Below, piece after piece: positions 10,345-20,165 of a stretch of DNA of 26,924 nucleotides. The notes beneath the pieces were generated by a model. That model saw nothing but the letters and a program-made list of their open reading frames with translations. It ran no database searches and was not told the DNA's origin. This DNA comes from a virus (Duplodnaviria; Caudoviricetes): the IMG/VR virus record IMGVR_UViG_3300020264_000040, positions 1-26,924 of that record; one strand, 5' to 3'. Each line of letters starts with the position of its first letter. Position 1 is the first letter of the stretch. The position numbers and the translations under genes were made by a program.

Positions 10345-13300
10345 ATGAGTTTTCATATTAATTCCGATAAAGAAAAAATTAGGGGCGTAAACCCTAAACT
10401 TATCGGTGATAATGAGACTACTATCAGAGTTGGTTCGGGGGCGAACGAACGAGAAGTCTTTAGAGCTGAACTAGACGTTCAAAGTGGATTGCCTCGTATT
10501 GGTATTAACAGAACTGGACAAAGAGTTAACAACATTGATGTTACTGCTGGGGGTGGTGGTTACACCCAAGCGCCAACTGTTGTTATTGATGCACCACCAG
10601 CTGGTGGTACACAGGCATTAGCGTCAGCGTTTATCTTTAATGGTGCAGTTGTTTCTGTTGCTGTTAACGATCCTGGTAATGGATATACAACTGCTCCAAA
10701 CGTTTCATTTACTGGTGGCAATGGTGCTGGTGCTGCTGCAACTGCTGTTCTTGATACTGTTGACTTTGAACTTGATATCAATGGTGCTATTAGAACTTCT
10801 ACATCTATCATTTCTGATACTGCAAGAATTCTAAACCTTGATATTGAAAATTTTGTTACTCCAGACTTAAACTTAAGGGCACCTAACCTTAAGACATATA
10901 TGAATGGCACTGGTACGCCATGGGCTGCTAATGTTATTGTACCAGAAAATTCATACAGATATTCACAAGGTAATGTATATCAGGCATTAAACACAGGAAC
11001 TACTGGAACTGGTGCTCCTATCCATAAGGACGGTATCGCTGTAAACGGTGAAGTTCAATTCAAACATATTGGTTTTAGAGTTACTGATCCTAACGATTAT
11101 AAGTTTTTAGAAACTGGAGAATCTGGTATCTTCCCACGTTCTATCACTCCACTACTTGGTGATAGATCCGACAAGATTGCTACCACAGAATACGTCCTCA
11201 ACCTAGCAACCAACGACGTTGGTGGTCGTGTTTATGTTTCGCAGCAGATTGGTTCTGACCTGAACGATGGTCGTTCGGCAGTTAACCCAGTCCGTACCAT
11301 TAAGAAAGCGGCACAAATTGCGTGGTCTACCCCTGGTGTTAAAGAAACTCTAATTGTTTCTGGTGGTGATTATGTAGAAGATAACCCAATTTCATTACCA
11401 CCTGATTGCTCGGTTGTTGGTGATAACCTTCGTCTGGTAATTATCAGACCAGCTAATTTAGGAAAACATATTTTCAAATTTGGTGATAAAAACTATGTTA
11501 CTGGCGTAACATATAGAGATAAAGTTGACGCCAACGGAGACCCAATTGGAACTTGGGACTTTGCTATGGTCTTTGATGACAAGCAAAGAATCATTATTGA
11601 TAACGAAATCAATGGAGACTTTGGAGTTAACTTTCCAATCGGTCATCAAATTTTTGGACCAGAAAGATTCCGTATTACATTCCAAAACAACACTGGATTG
11701 TCACTCCTACAATCTGGTGTCCAACTTGTAGGTTTAAACACTGGTGCTAGAGTAGATACATTCAATGTAAGTTTTAACTCTACTACTGGTGCAAACGCAT
11801 ATATTTCTGGTACTGTTGATGTACTACTAAATTCTGGTTCCTTAATTGAGGGTGATCAATACAGATATGTTACATCCGCATCTACAGGTTCACAATTAGC
11901 ATTAACCATCTCATCTACTTCTGGTGCTAATAGATTAAGATTTACTTCAGACCCAACATCAGACATTCCTTCGGGAACGTATGTCTTTTTGAATGATACT
12001 GATAATTCCAGTTTTAGTTCTGGTTATTATCAAGTAGTTAGTATTGATGTTTCAAATGCTCCAACTTACTGGGATGTTCTATTTGTTCCAGTCTTGGGTG
12101 CTCCTAATTGGGACAGTAATGTATCAGAAACAGTTACAATTAATGCTGCCACACCAGTAGAAAACACAATTGATACTGTTAATCTTAAATCAATTAGAGC
12201 TGAAGGTGAGGTTGTATCTTATGACGAAGATGTAACATCAACCCTACCTATCTCTAGAATTGATTTTTCTCTACAAGGAGACCCAAGTATTGCAACTGGA
12301 GGATTCCAAGAAGCACAGTTTGGTAGTGCAGAAGACTTAGGTGGTATTGTATTCTATACCAATGCACTAGTTGGTAGAACTAATACACACGACTTTAAAG
12401 AAGGTCAAGAAATTGAAATTGAAGGTCTTCCAACTGTTAGTCCAGATTTATCATTCCTTAATGGTAAGCAAAGAATTTACAAAGTATTAGAAGACGCTGA
12501 TGGTCGTGCAAGAAGATTTGTAATTCCTAAAAAGTTCCCAGGTCTTACAAATGCAAACTTTAATCCTGGCGAATTTGCAAAAGTAAAATCTTATTCAAAA
12601 GTAGTTACATTATCTCTACTTAACTCGCCAAACAAGTTTGCGTTATCTACACCAGTAGAAAGAAGGTTCCAAGATGCTTGTCAATTAATCAGAAATAATA
12701 GAGACTACATCGCAGAAGAAGTAGTTGGTATTATTAATGATCAATTCAAGTCTGACTATTATTCAGTATACAATTTAGATGCAGTCAACAATACATTTGA
12801 CATTTATCTAGGTCCATTAGATCATGCAAATACTTATGTAAGTGGTGGTACAGTATCATTTGGTGGTAATTCTTATGCCATCAGTGGATTTGTTTATGAC
12901 ACTGTAGTTACTGGTGTCGCGACAATTACTACAACTGCTGCTGCTATCGCGGCATTATCTGAAGATGATACAGTACAACTAGCAGATATTCTAATCTCAT
13001 GTGAAGCTGGTCAAAAACTTTATCCTGCTTACAGTTCTCCAACAAATACAAATAGTGGAACTAATGGTGATGAACAGTGTAAGCAAGACGTTATTCACTT
13101 CCTCAATGCTCTGGTAAGAGACCTTGAATTTGGATCCAACCATAATATTATTGAAGCTGCCAAGAAGTATATTGTTGGTGGCAAAATTGCTTATATTGAA
13201 GATGAAATTATCCAGAATGTACGTGCAATTGAATACGCTAGAGAGTTAGCAATCTATGCAATGTGTAATTGGAGGATTAAGAACAGAACTACTGCTGATC

Positions 13301-16300
13301 CTCTATATGTAACTAAGCACGCTACAACCACAAGATATACTGATCCTACAATTATCACCACAACAGCAGGAAGTCCTGCTTGTGCTGATGTAGAAGCAGC
13401 GATTAGCACACTATCATATCTCTGGGTAGATGTTATTTCAAATAATACATCTGGAACATATCTTGATGCTGCTTATTTGATTGCTAGAAATGCTGATTTA
13501 ATTGCAGATCAAGCACTTATCAATACAGAAGTAGCTTATCCTACTTTAAATCTTTCCGATTTACATCAAAGAAAGTGCCGTAGGGATATCAAACTTGTTA
13601 TTGAAGGACTTGTAAGAGACTTATCGTTAGGCGGAAACCATGGCGTTATATCTGCTGCTGAGTCGTATTTCAGTGGAACAGTTCTTTCTGGAATTCAAGA
13701 AGCACAATTAGACGAAACTAGATATGCTTTCCAGCAAGTAAGAGATCTTTGTATCGCAGCAATGCGTAACTGGTCTGATGGTGATGTTCTTGCAACAACT
13801 CCAACAGGATCTACATATGTTCCAGCAACTGGAGCGATGACTGTAGTTATTCCAGATCCAGCAGTTGCTCCTGTTGCTAACTCTGATAGAATCGCTTTTG
13901 CTGAAGGTGCTATCACATACAGTTGTGCTCATGGTGGTGGAGGTACTGATGCAAGTCCATATAGAACTGATGCAAACTTTGGTCAAAGTTTCTTAATTAC
14001 TGGAGTAACATCATCTGGCGGAAGCACTACTCTTTCTTTAAATCCTGGTGTAGCAGGAAGTAATACAGACGCTCATACTTTCTCATCTGCTCTAGCAAAT
14101 GGAACTAAAATTATCTACGCTCCCGTTGCTACTACATCACCTGTTCCAAAATTTGAAGATTGGAGCATCTTAGAAGATGCTGCTAATCCATCATGTGCTG
14201 CTATTGCATCTGCTATCACCACGTCAATGGCGACATTTGATAGCATTCTACAGTACGCTACTGATACTGTCAACGGTACAGCTCCTGGTTCTATCACTCA
14301 AACTTTTGGAACTCTGTATGATACTGCTCCGATCATTAGTTATCCTAGTAGTTACATTTATGATTTCAACAATCAGAGAATGGCGATTCGTGGTGACTTT
14401 GATGATTTCCCAATTATTGAAGCATCACCATATACACAGAACGCATCCGTTATCTCCTTCAGAGGTGGCGGAGGCGCTCTGATTGATGGTGATAAAGTTA
14501 AGCAACCTAACTGTCCTTTCCCTGGTCTAGAACCAGATGGAACAGCATCCTTCCCTAACCAGGGTAAGTCCATGGTTGCTGCGGCGTTCACTATTGTTTC
14601 TTTTGGTGGTACAGGTTATAAGGTTATCAACGATGGTTACACTCAGTTAGTTTCTGTCTTTGTTATCTTCTGTCAAGATGGTGTCCTTTGTGAGTCTGGT
14701 GGTTATGCTTCTATCACTAACTCTGCTACTAACTTCGGTACATTTGCTCTAAGAGGAACAGGTTTCCGTAAAGATCCATATGAGTTTGATGCAGGCACAG
14801 TTAATGTAGTATCTCAAACTCCAACTGGAAGAACTACCATGACAATTGGTGGTATTGGTAGAGAACCACTTGAGCATTATATTGTCAAAATTGATGGTTT
14901 CAGAAATGCTGATCCAGACAAAGAATTCTTTATTGATGCTGTAAGTGGTGTTACTGTTGGACCTCCTTTCTCTGCAACTATTACACTTGATGATGGTATT
15001 GGTAATGGATTAACCCTTATTGAAGAGTCAACTGGTAATACTATCTCTGGTCTAACAGCATTACAAGCTGCACTAACACCAGCTGCTGCATCTAATGCAA
15101 CAATTAGATTACATAGACCATCTATTGTCAACTCTTCTTCTCACACTTGGGAATTTGCTGGTTCTGGTAACAACTATCTTGCACTACCTGAGAACGGTGG
15201 TACTAAAGTTGAGGCAAATGAGCAAGTATCTGAAAACTATGGTCGTGTATATGTTTCTGGTACTGACGAACTAGGTGACTTTAAGGTTGGTACATTTGCT
15301 AGAATTGAGAACAGAACTGGTAATATTACCTTCACTGGTACGGTTACGATCTCTGAAGTTGAATTCTTGAAACTGAAAGGTGGTGACGTTGTTGTTACTG
15401 GATTTGACAACAGCAATACACTTGGCGGTGCTAACACTAGTGATTCTAAACTACCAACTCAGAAAGCAGTTAAGGATTATATCACTAATAACTTAGGTCC
15501 TTACATCAACAAACCATATTCTACGAACGCTGTTCCTAGAGCACTGGTTGAATTGACTGACTCTGGTAAGATTTCTATTGACCAGATTCCTGCTCTAAGA
15601 CCTTTCCAAGTCTTCACTGTTGCAACTCAAGCAGATAGACTTAAGATTGAAGGAGCACTTGCTGGTGACATTGCAATTCAACAGGATACATCACAGTCAT
15701 TCATCTTAAACAATGACCTTGAGAGTTTATTCTTAGGATTCCCAGTTGATTCTAGTCTTGTATTTAACATCAACGATGTTTACACTGGTTCTCCTTCTAC
15801 AGGTAGAATTCAAGCTACTGAATACAGACAAGGTGTTCTACATCAAATTACTATTACAGATGGTGGTTCTGGATATACTGTTGCTCCTACTGTAACTATT
15901 TCTGGTGGTAACCCATCAGCTGGAGCAGTAGCAGCAACTGCAACTTGTACCATCGCAAATGGTGAAGTTGTTACTGTTACTATTGAAGAAAATGCAGGAT
16001 TATTTGGTGGTAAAGGTTACACAACACAACCAGTAATTACATTCCAAGCGCCTCCTGGAGCGGGAACGCAAGCGACTGGTGTTGGTTTAATTGAAAGTAG
16101 ATTGTATGGTGATATTGTAAACAATATCAAGATGCTTGATACTGATACATTTGAAGACAGCGATAATCCTGCAAATACTATTAACATTAGTAGAGTTGTC
16201 AATACATCTTCTACAAATAATAACAACTGGGTATCTCTATCATCTAATCAGATTGCTGCATCTGACATCACATCTGGTGTAATTGAAACAGATAGATTAG

Positions 16301-19300
16301 CAACAGGCGGTGCGGCAAACTCCTTCACCTTCCTCCGTGGTGACCAAAACTTTGCTCCTGCGGTACAATCTATTAAAGGTGCTGAAACAAGGTATTTTGC
16401 AAGATTATTCACTCAAGCATCAACTGGTGCTAATGCACTGATTTTCCAAAGCAATCAAAATGCTTTAATTGGTCACGCAGTTGTAGCTGATCAAGCTGGT
16501 ATTGCAGCAAACACCAGTATTAACGGTGTCACCACTGTTGGTGGATTGACAACTGTTTCTATTAATAATCCTCTTACTGCAACACTTCCTGCAGGAAGTG
16601 TAATTCAATTCCAGAGAGGAGCTTCACCACTAACATTTGATTCCTCAAATACAGTTGGTAATTTTATTGACAGTGTTGTAATTGCTAACCCTGGATCTGG
16701 ATATACAGATGGTCAGTATTTTGATATTGGTCTTGATGGTGGATCTGGAACTGACTTAAGAGTCAACTTAATTATTAGCGGTGGAGAAATTACTGATGCT
16801 ACAGTAACAAACGCTGGTTCTGGTTACACTGCTGATTTCCAAGTAACACCAAATCCAGGAGCAATTGGTTCTGGATCTAATTTAGTCCTCCTCGCAAAAG
16901 TTAGCACTGTAAATAAACAGTTTGCTAATGTTGCCGTTGACATCCAGAGAGTTTCTGATCTAACAATTTCTGCTGATGAATTTGGAACAATTGGTGTTGC
17001 GAGATTTAGAAAGTCTCAGTTTAATATTGGACAAGAAGGAAATGGTTCTATCACAATTAAAACTGGTCCTGACAGTGGACTTGATGCTGACTTACTAGAT
17101 GGTCAGCAAGGATCTTACTACCTTAACGGTGCATTCTTCGTTGATAGTAGTATCAACCCTGATAAACTTGCTAGTGGAACGTATAGTATTGATATTAGTG
17201 GTAGATCTACCAATACACTTCGTGTTGATAGTGGTGTTAACAACCCAACTTCTAATCCTGCTCCAAGTGATGCCGTTCAAGGTTTAACTCTTTCAACTGT
17301 CTTCAATAGCTCTAACGGTCTATTGACTGCATTCCCAAGTGTTGATACTGGAAGTGCTAACTCTGCTAAGCATTTAGTTATGACTCTCCGTAATGGTGAG
17401 TCTGGTATTGATGCTACGTTTGGTGGTGTAAGACAACTAGCATTTGGTAATGATGATAGAATGTATCTCCGTGGTTCTGGAGATGGAGTAACAACTTATG
17501 GATCTTGGTATGAAATCTGGAACTCTGGTAACCAAGGTATTGACTCTGGTCTAGATGCTGACAAACTTGATAATAAAGAGGGTGAGTGGTATCAAGATGG
17601 TTGGAATATCAAGAAAAATGAAATTTTTGATACAAGACTTCCAACATGGAGAAGTTCTACTAAGTTCAGAAACAGTATTGAAATCAAGTCTTATACTGGA
17701 ACAGATGTTGCTTACAGGATTCTAGTAAGACAAGTTCTTGACATTAGTCCTGGTGGAGATTTTGAACCTGGTTCTCAAATTAATATTTACAATATTAATA
17801 AGCAGGATATCGGTGATTTCTTCATTGATAATGCACAACAATTAAATGACCAAAATGATTCTTCCAATAGCTATACAATGCTCATTGGTAGACTTGCTTC
17901 TGGTGGTAACCTTGAGTCTGCTGTATTCCTTGGTGTTGCTGGTGACGAAAGAAACTTTGAAAACTATGAAATTTATGATAGCAACACTACACAATATGCA
18001 GAACTTGGGAATGATTCTGGAAATGGTTTCTTAAGACTTGGTAGATATGATGGCAATTTTGCCACAAATCCACATATCTATTTCAACTCTTCTCAAGCAC
18101 AAGCAGTAGATGCTAATGGTCTTCCATCTTATAACTCTGCCATTATTGCTGATGGTGGTAGTGCAACTGAGGGATCTGGTAGTCTTGAGTTCAAAGTTCT
18201 TAATGAAAATGAACTTAAGGTAAATAACAACATTATTTGGAACGCAGGTAACGTAGCGTTCAATTCTTCAAATGTAGCTTCTACAGCATCACTGAAGTCT
18301 GCTGTAGTGAGAGATACTAATGGAAACTTCTCTGCTGGAACAATCACAGCGAGTATCACAGGTGCTTCTTCACTCAACGTATTGAAGACTGGTGATACAA
18401 TGACTGGTGCTCTAACGATCACTGGTAATAATAATCTAACAGTTCAAGGATCGGGTGCTCTCAGTATCGGTGGAAACGCAACTGTTGGTGCTGATCTAAC
18501 CGTTGATAGTGGAACTCTATACGTTAATTCTACTAACAATAGAGTAAATATTGGTCAGACTGCAGATGCTAATGCAGTTAAGTTCAACGTTTATAGTTCT
18601 GCTGGTTCTCTTAACTTCCAGTCTGGATTAGCACTGTCTTCACAAACAACACTTTATCAATCAAGTGTATACAATCAAGTAGATGGTGGTGAATCTGGTA
18701 TCGTCTTGCAACATGGTGCTTCTGCTGCTGCTCAGTGGGGTATTACAGCTAAGAGATCAAGTGCTAATGTTGGTTCATTGATCATTAGAACCAGAACTGC
18801 TACTTCTACTTCTGCTACTAGATTGACGATTAGCAATGGTGGAGATGTTCTTCCTGGTGCTGATAGTGCTCAGGACCTTGGTGCTGATGCTAACAGATGG
18901 CAAAATACTTACACTGATATTTCACATGTACTCAACAGTGTAAGAATTGCAAAAGGAACTGCAAACCAAGAAGCAGATTTACAATTCAGAGGTGGTGCTT
19001 CTGGTTCTGGTGGTGGTAGAGGATTCCGTCTAGGATCTAATATTGGTGGTGGTGCCGATATGTTTGAGATCTATGCATCTCAATCTAATGGTGGAGATGA
19101 TTGGAAGAGTTTGGCGACGCCAGCTCAACCACCCGCACTTTCTATCAGGGGTGAAAACAATAGAGTTGGTATTAATACTAACGTTACTTCTGGTACAGAT
19201 ACTTCAGTCACACCTAATGTCAATAGAGATTACATCCTGAATGTTCAGGGTGATATGAACCTTAACGGTCAATTCTTCCAAAACAATGAGGAATTTGTAA

Positions 19301-20127
19301 CTTCTAGATGGACAATATCTACTAATCAACTTGACATTTACAGATTGTCTAAGGTTGGTATTGGTCCAGAATCTACTGCGGTCACTGCTCCTGCGGCAGA
19401 ATTAGTTGTTGGTGGAGACATTGACATTGATAATGGAGAATTCAAAGGAGATCAAACACTAACTGGTGGATCTCAATGGTTCTCACCTGGATACTTTGGT
19501 GTTGATAGAGGAGTTGTTCTTGATCCACAAGAAGTCTATGGTGCTGTTAAGTTTAGAAGACTCAATCCTGGACAATACTATTGGTGGGTTTTAATTGTTG
19601 AGCAAACATCAGTTGGTAATTACACAGTACAATATGGTGCAAAAGTTAAGACTCCAACTGGTGGAACAACAGGTGAAATTTTAGAATTTGATTTTGCTGC
19701 TGCAGAAGCAACTGTTGGTTCGCCAAATCTAACTGAAGGTAAGATTTATAACCTTGCGTGGTTGAGTAGTGATGGTGGATCTGGTGGAGGTCCTAGTGGA
19801 AACATTTATGTTGATAATGGTAGTGGTGGTCTAATTGACTACCTTCAAATTAATAGCACTCCAACATCTGGTGGTACATACACTACAACAAATAATAACA
19901 CTGCACAAAATATTCATATTCAACTCCTACCTGCTAAAGCAACATTATCTGCTAATGGTTTTGAACAGTGGACTGATAGTTATGGAATATTCAAGAAAGT
20001 CAAGCAGACAATTGATGAGACAGTTGTGGTTAAAAATGGAGAAAATATTATCTCCTTTGGTGAATTGACAATTGCACAAGGAAAAGAAGTTACCATCAAT
20101 CAGGGTGGTAACTGGACAATCAGATAA
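10345..20127 (+). CDS. Giant tail-fibre-like virion protein (3260 aa)
   Basis: GxGY Ig-like repeats; CBM5/12-like module; pectin-lyase-like beta-helix start (VYVSQQIGSDLNDG...VRTIKKA...VSGGDYVEDNPISLP...VVGDNLR); two helical Cys-containing repeats; fibre motifs GxDSGLDADxLD (twice), VVRDTNGNFSAGTITA, NNRVxI; C-terminal GELTIAQGKEVTINQGGNWTIR. Confidence 0.85.
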   Translation: MSFHINSDKEKIRGVNPKLIGDNETTIRVGSGANEREVFRAELDVQSGLPRIGINRTGQRVNNIDVTAGGGGYTQAPTVVIDAPPAGGTQALASAFIFNGAVVSVAVNDPGNGYTTAPNVSFTGGNGAGAAATAVLDTVDFELDINGAIRTSTSIISDTARILNLDIENFVTPDLNLRAPNLKTYMNGTGTPWAANVIVPENSYRYSQGNVYQALNTGTTGTGAPIHKDGIAVNGEVQFKHIGFRVTDPNDYKFLETGESGIFPRSITPLLGDRSDKIATTEYVLNLATNDVGGRVYVSQQIGSDLNDGRSAVNPVRTIKKAAQIAWSTPGVKETLIVSGGDYVEDNPISLPPDCSVVGDNLRLVIIRPANLGKHIFKFGDKNYVTGVTYRDKVDANGDPIGTWDFAMVFDDKQRIIIDNEINGDFGVNFPIGHQIFGPERFRITFQNNTGLSLLQSGVQLVGLNTGARVDTFNVSFNSTTGANAYISGTVDVLLNSGSLIEGDQYRYVTSASTGSQLALTISSTSGANRLRFTSDPTSDIPSGTYVFLNDTDNSSFSSGYYQVVSIDVSNAPTYWDVLFVPVLGAPNWDSNVSETVTINAATPVENTIDTVNLKSIRAEGEVVSYDEDVTSTLPISRIDFSLQGDPSIATGGFQEAQFGSAEDLGGIVFYTNALVGRTNTHDFKEGQEIEIEGLPTVSPDLSFLNGKQRIYKVLEDADGRARRFVIPKKFPGLTNANFNPGEFAKVKSYSKVVTLSLLNSPNKFALSTPVERRFQDACQLIRNNRDYIAEEVVGIINDQFKSDYYSVYNLDAVNNTFDIYLGPLDHANTYVSGGTVSFGGNSYAISGFVYDTVVTGVATITTTAAAIAALSEDDTVQLADILISCEAGQKLYPAYSSPTNTNSGTNGDEQCKQDVIHFLNALVRDLEFGSNHNIIEAAKKYIVGGKIAYIEDEIIQNVRAIEYARELAIYAMCNWRIKNRTTADPLYVTKHATTTRYTDPTIITTTAGSPACADVEAAISTLSYLWVDVISNNTSGTYLDAAYLIARNADLIADQALINTEVAYPTLNLSDLHQRKCRRDIKLVIEGLVRDLSLGGNHGVISAAESYFSGTVLSGIQEAQLDETRYAFQQVRDLCIAAMRNWSDGDVLATTPTGSTYVPATGAMTVVIPDPAVAPVANSDRIAFAEGAITYSCAHGGGGTDASPYRTDANFGQSFLITGVTSSGGSTTLSLNPGVAGSNTDAHTFSSALANGTKIIYAPVATTSPVPKFEDWSILEDAANPSCAAIASAITTSMATFDSILQYATDTVNGTAPGSITQTFGTLYDTAPIISYPSSYIYDFNNQRMAIRGDFDDFPIIEASPYTQNASVISFRGGGGALIDGDKVKQPNCPFPGLEPDGTASFPNQGKSMVAAAFTIVSFGGTGYKVINDGYTQLVSVFVIFCQDGVLCESGGYASITNSATNFGTFALRGTGFRKDPYEFDAGTVNVVSQTPTGRTTMTIGGIGREPLEHYIVKIDGFRNADPDKEFFIDAVSGVTVGPPFSATITLDDGIGNGLTLIEESTGNTISGLTALQAALTPAAASNATIRLHRPSIVNSSSHTWEFAGSGNNYLALPENGGTKVEANEQVSENYGRVYVSGTDELGDFKVGTFARIENRTGNITFTGTVTISEVEFLKLKGGDVVVTGFDNSNTLGGANTSDSKLPTQKAVKDYITNNLGPYINKPYSTNAVPRALVELTDSGKISIDQIPALRPFQVFTVATQADRLKIEGALAGDIAIQQDTSQSFILNNDLESLFLGFPVDSSLVFNINDVYTGSPSTGRIQATEYRQGVLHQITITDGGSGYTVAPTVTISGGNPSAGAVAATATCTIANGEVVTVTIEENAGLFGGKGYTTQPVITFQAPPGAGTQATGVGLIESRLYGDIVNNIKMLDTDTFEDSDNPANTINISRVVNTSSTNNNNWVSLSSNQIAASDITSGVIETDRLATGGAANSFTFLRGDQNFAPAVQSIKGAETRYFARLFTQASTGANALIFQSNQNALIGHAVVADQAGIAANTSINGVTTVGGLTTVSINNPLTATLPAGSVIQFQRGASPLTFDSSNTVGNFIDSVVIANPGSGYTDGQYFDIGLDGGSGTDLRVNLIISGGEITDATVTNAGSGYTADFQVTPNPGAIGSGSNLVLLAKVSTVNKQFANVAVDIQRVSDLTISADEFGTIGVARFRKSQFNIGQEGNGSITIKTGPDSGLDADLLDGQQGSYYLNGAFFVDSSINPDKLASGTYSIDISGRSTNTLRVDSGVNNPTSNPAPSDAVQGLTLSTVFNSSNGLLTAFPSVDTGSANSAKHLVMTLRNGESGIDATFGGVRQLAFGNDDRMYLRGSGDGVTTYGSWYEIWNSGNQGIDSGLDADKLDNKEGEWYQDGWNIKKNEIFDTRLPTWRSSTKFRNSIEIKSYTGTDVAYRILVRQVLDISPGGDFEPGSQINIYNINKQDIGDFFIDNAQQLNDQNDSSNSYTMLIGRLASGGNLESAVFLGVAGDERNFENYEIYDSNTTQYAELGNDSGNGFLRLGRYDGNFATNPHIYFNSSQAQAVDANGLPSYNSAIIADGGSATEGSGSLEFKVLNENELKVNNNIIWNAGNVAFNSSNVASTASLKSAVVRDTNGNFSAGTITASITGASSLNVLKTGDTMTGALTITGNNNLTVQGSGALSIGGNATVGADLTVDSGTLYVNSTNNRVNIGQTADANAVKFNVYSSAGSLNFQSGLALSSQTTLYQSSVYNQVDGGESGIVLQHGASAAAQWGITAKRSSANVGSLIIRTRTATSTSATRLTISNGGDVLPGADSAQDLGADANRWQNTYTDISHVLNSVRIAKGTANQEADLQFRGGASGSGGGRGFRLGSNIGGGADMFEIYASQSNGGDDWKSLATPAQPPALSIRGENNRVGINTNVTSGTDTSVTPNVNRDYILNVQGDMNLNGQFFQNNEEFVTSRWTISTNQLDIYRLSKVGIGPESTAVTAPAAELVVGGDIDIDNGEFKGDQTLTGGSQWFSPGYFGVDRGVVLDPQEVYGAVKFRRLNPGQYYWWVLIVEQTSVGNYTVQYGAKVKTPTGGTTGEILEFDFAAAEATVGSPNLTEGKIYNLAWLSSDGGSGGGPSGNIYVDNGSGGLIDYLQINSTPTSGGTYTTTNNNTAQNIHIQLLPAKATLSANGFEQWTDSYGIFKKVKQTIDETVVVKNGENIISFGELTIAQGKEVTINQGGNWTIR

Positions 20128-20141
20128 ATATCTAATAAATA
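20123..20141 (+). promoter_or_regulatory. Tandem T4-type late promoter motifs (GATAAATA, AATAAATA)
   Basis: Two NATAAATA octamers at 20123-20130 (overlapping the fibre stop) and 20134-20141, upstream of the ATG at 20166. Confidence 0.7.
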
Positions 20142-20165
20142 AGTACGATACAAGAGTTATAGAAC

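Noticed and set aside
17065-17571. Repeated GxDSGLDADxLD motif as a novel element
   Set aside because: A common phage tail-fibre shaft motif; it supports the fibre call but is not unusual.
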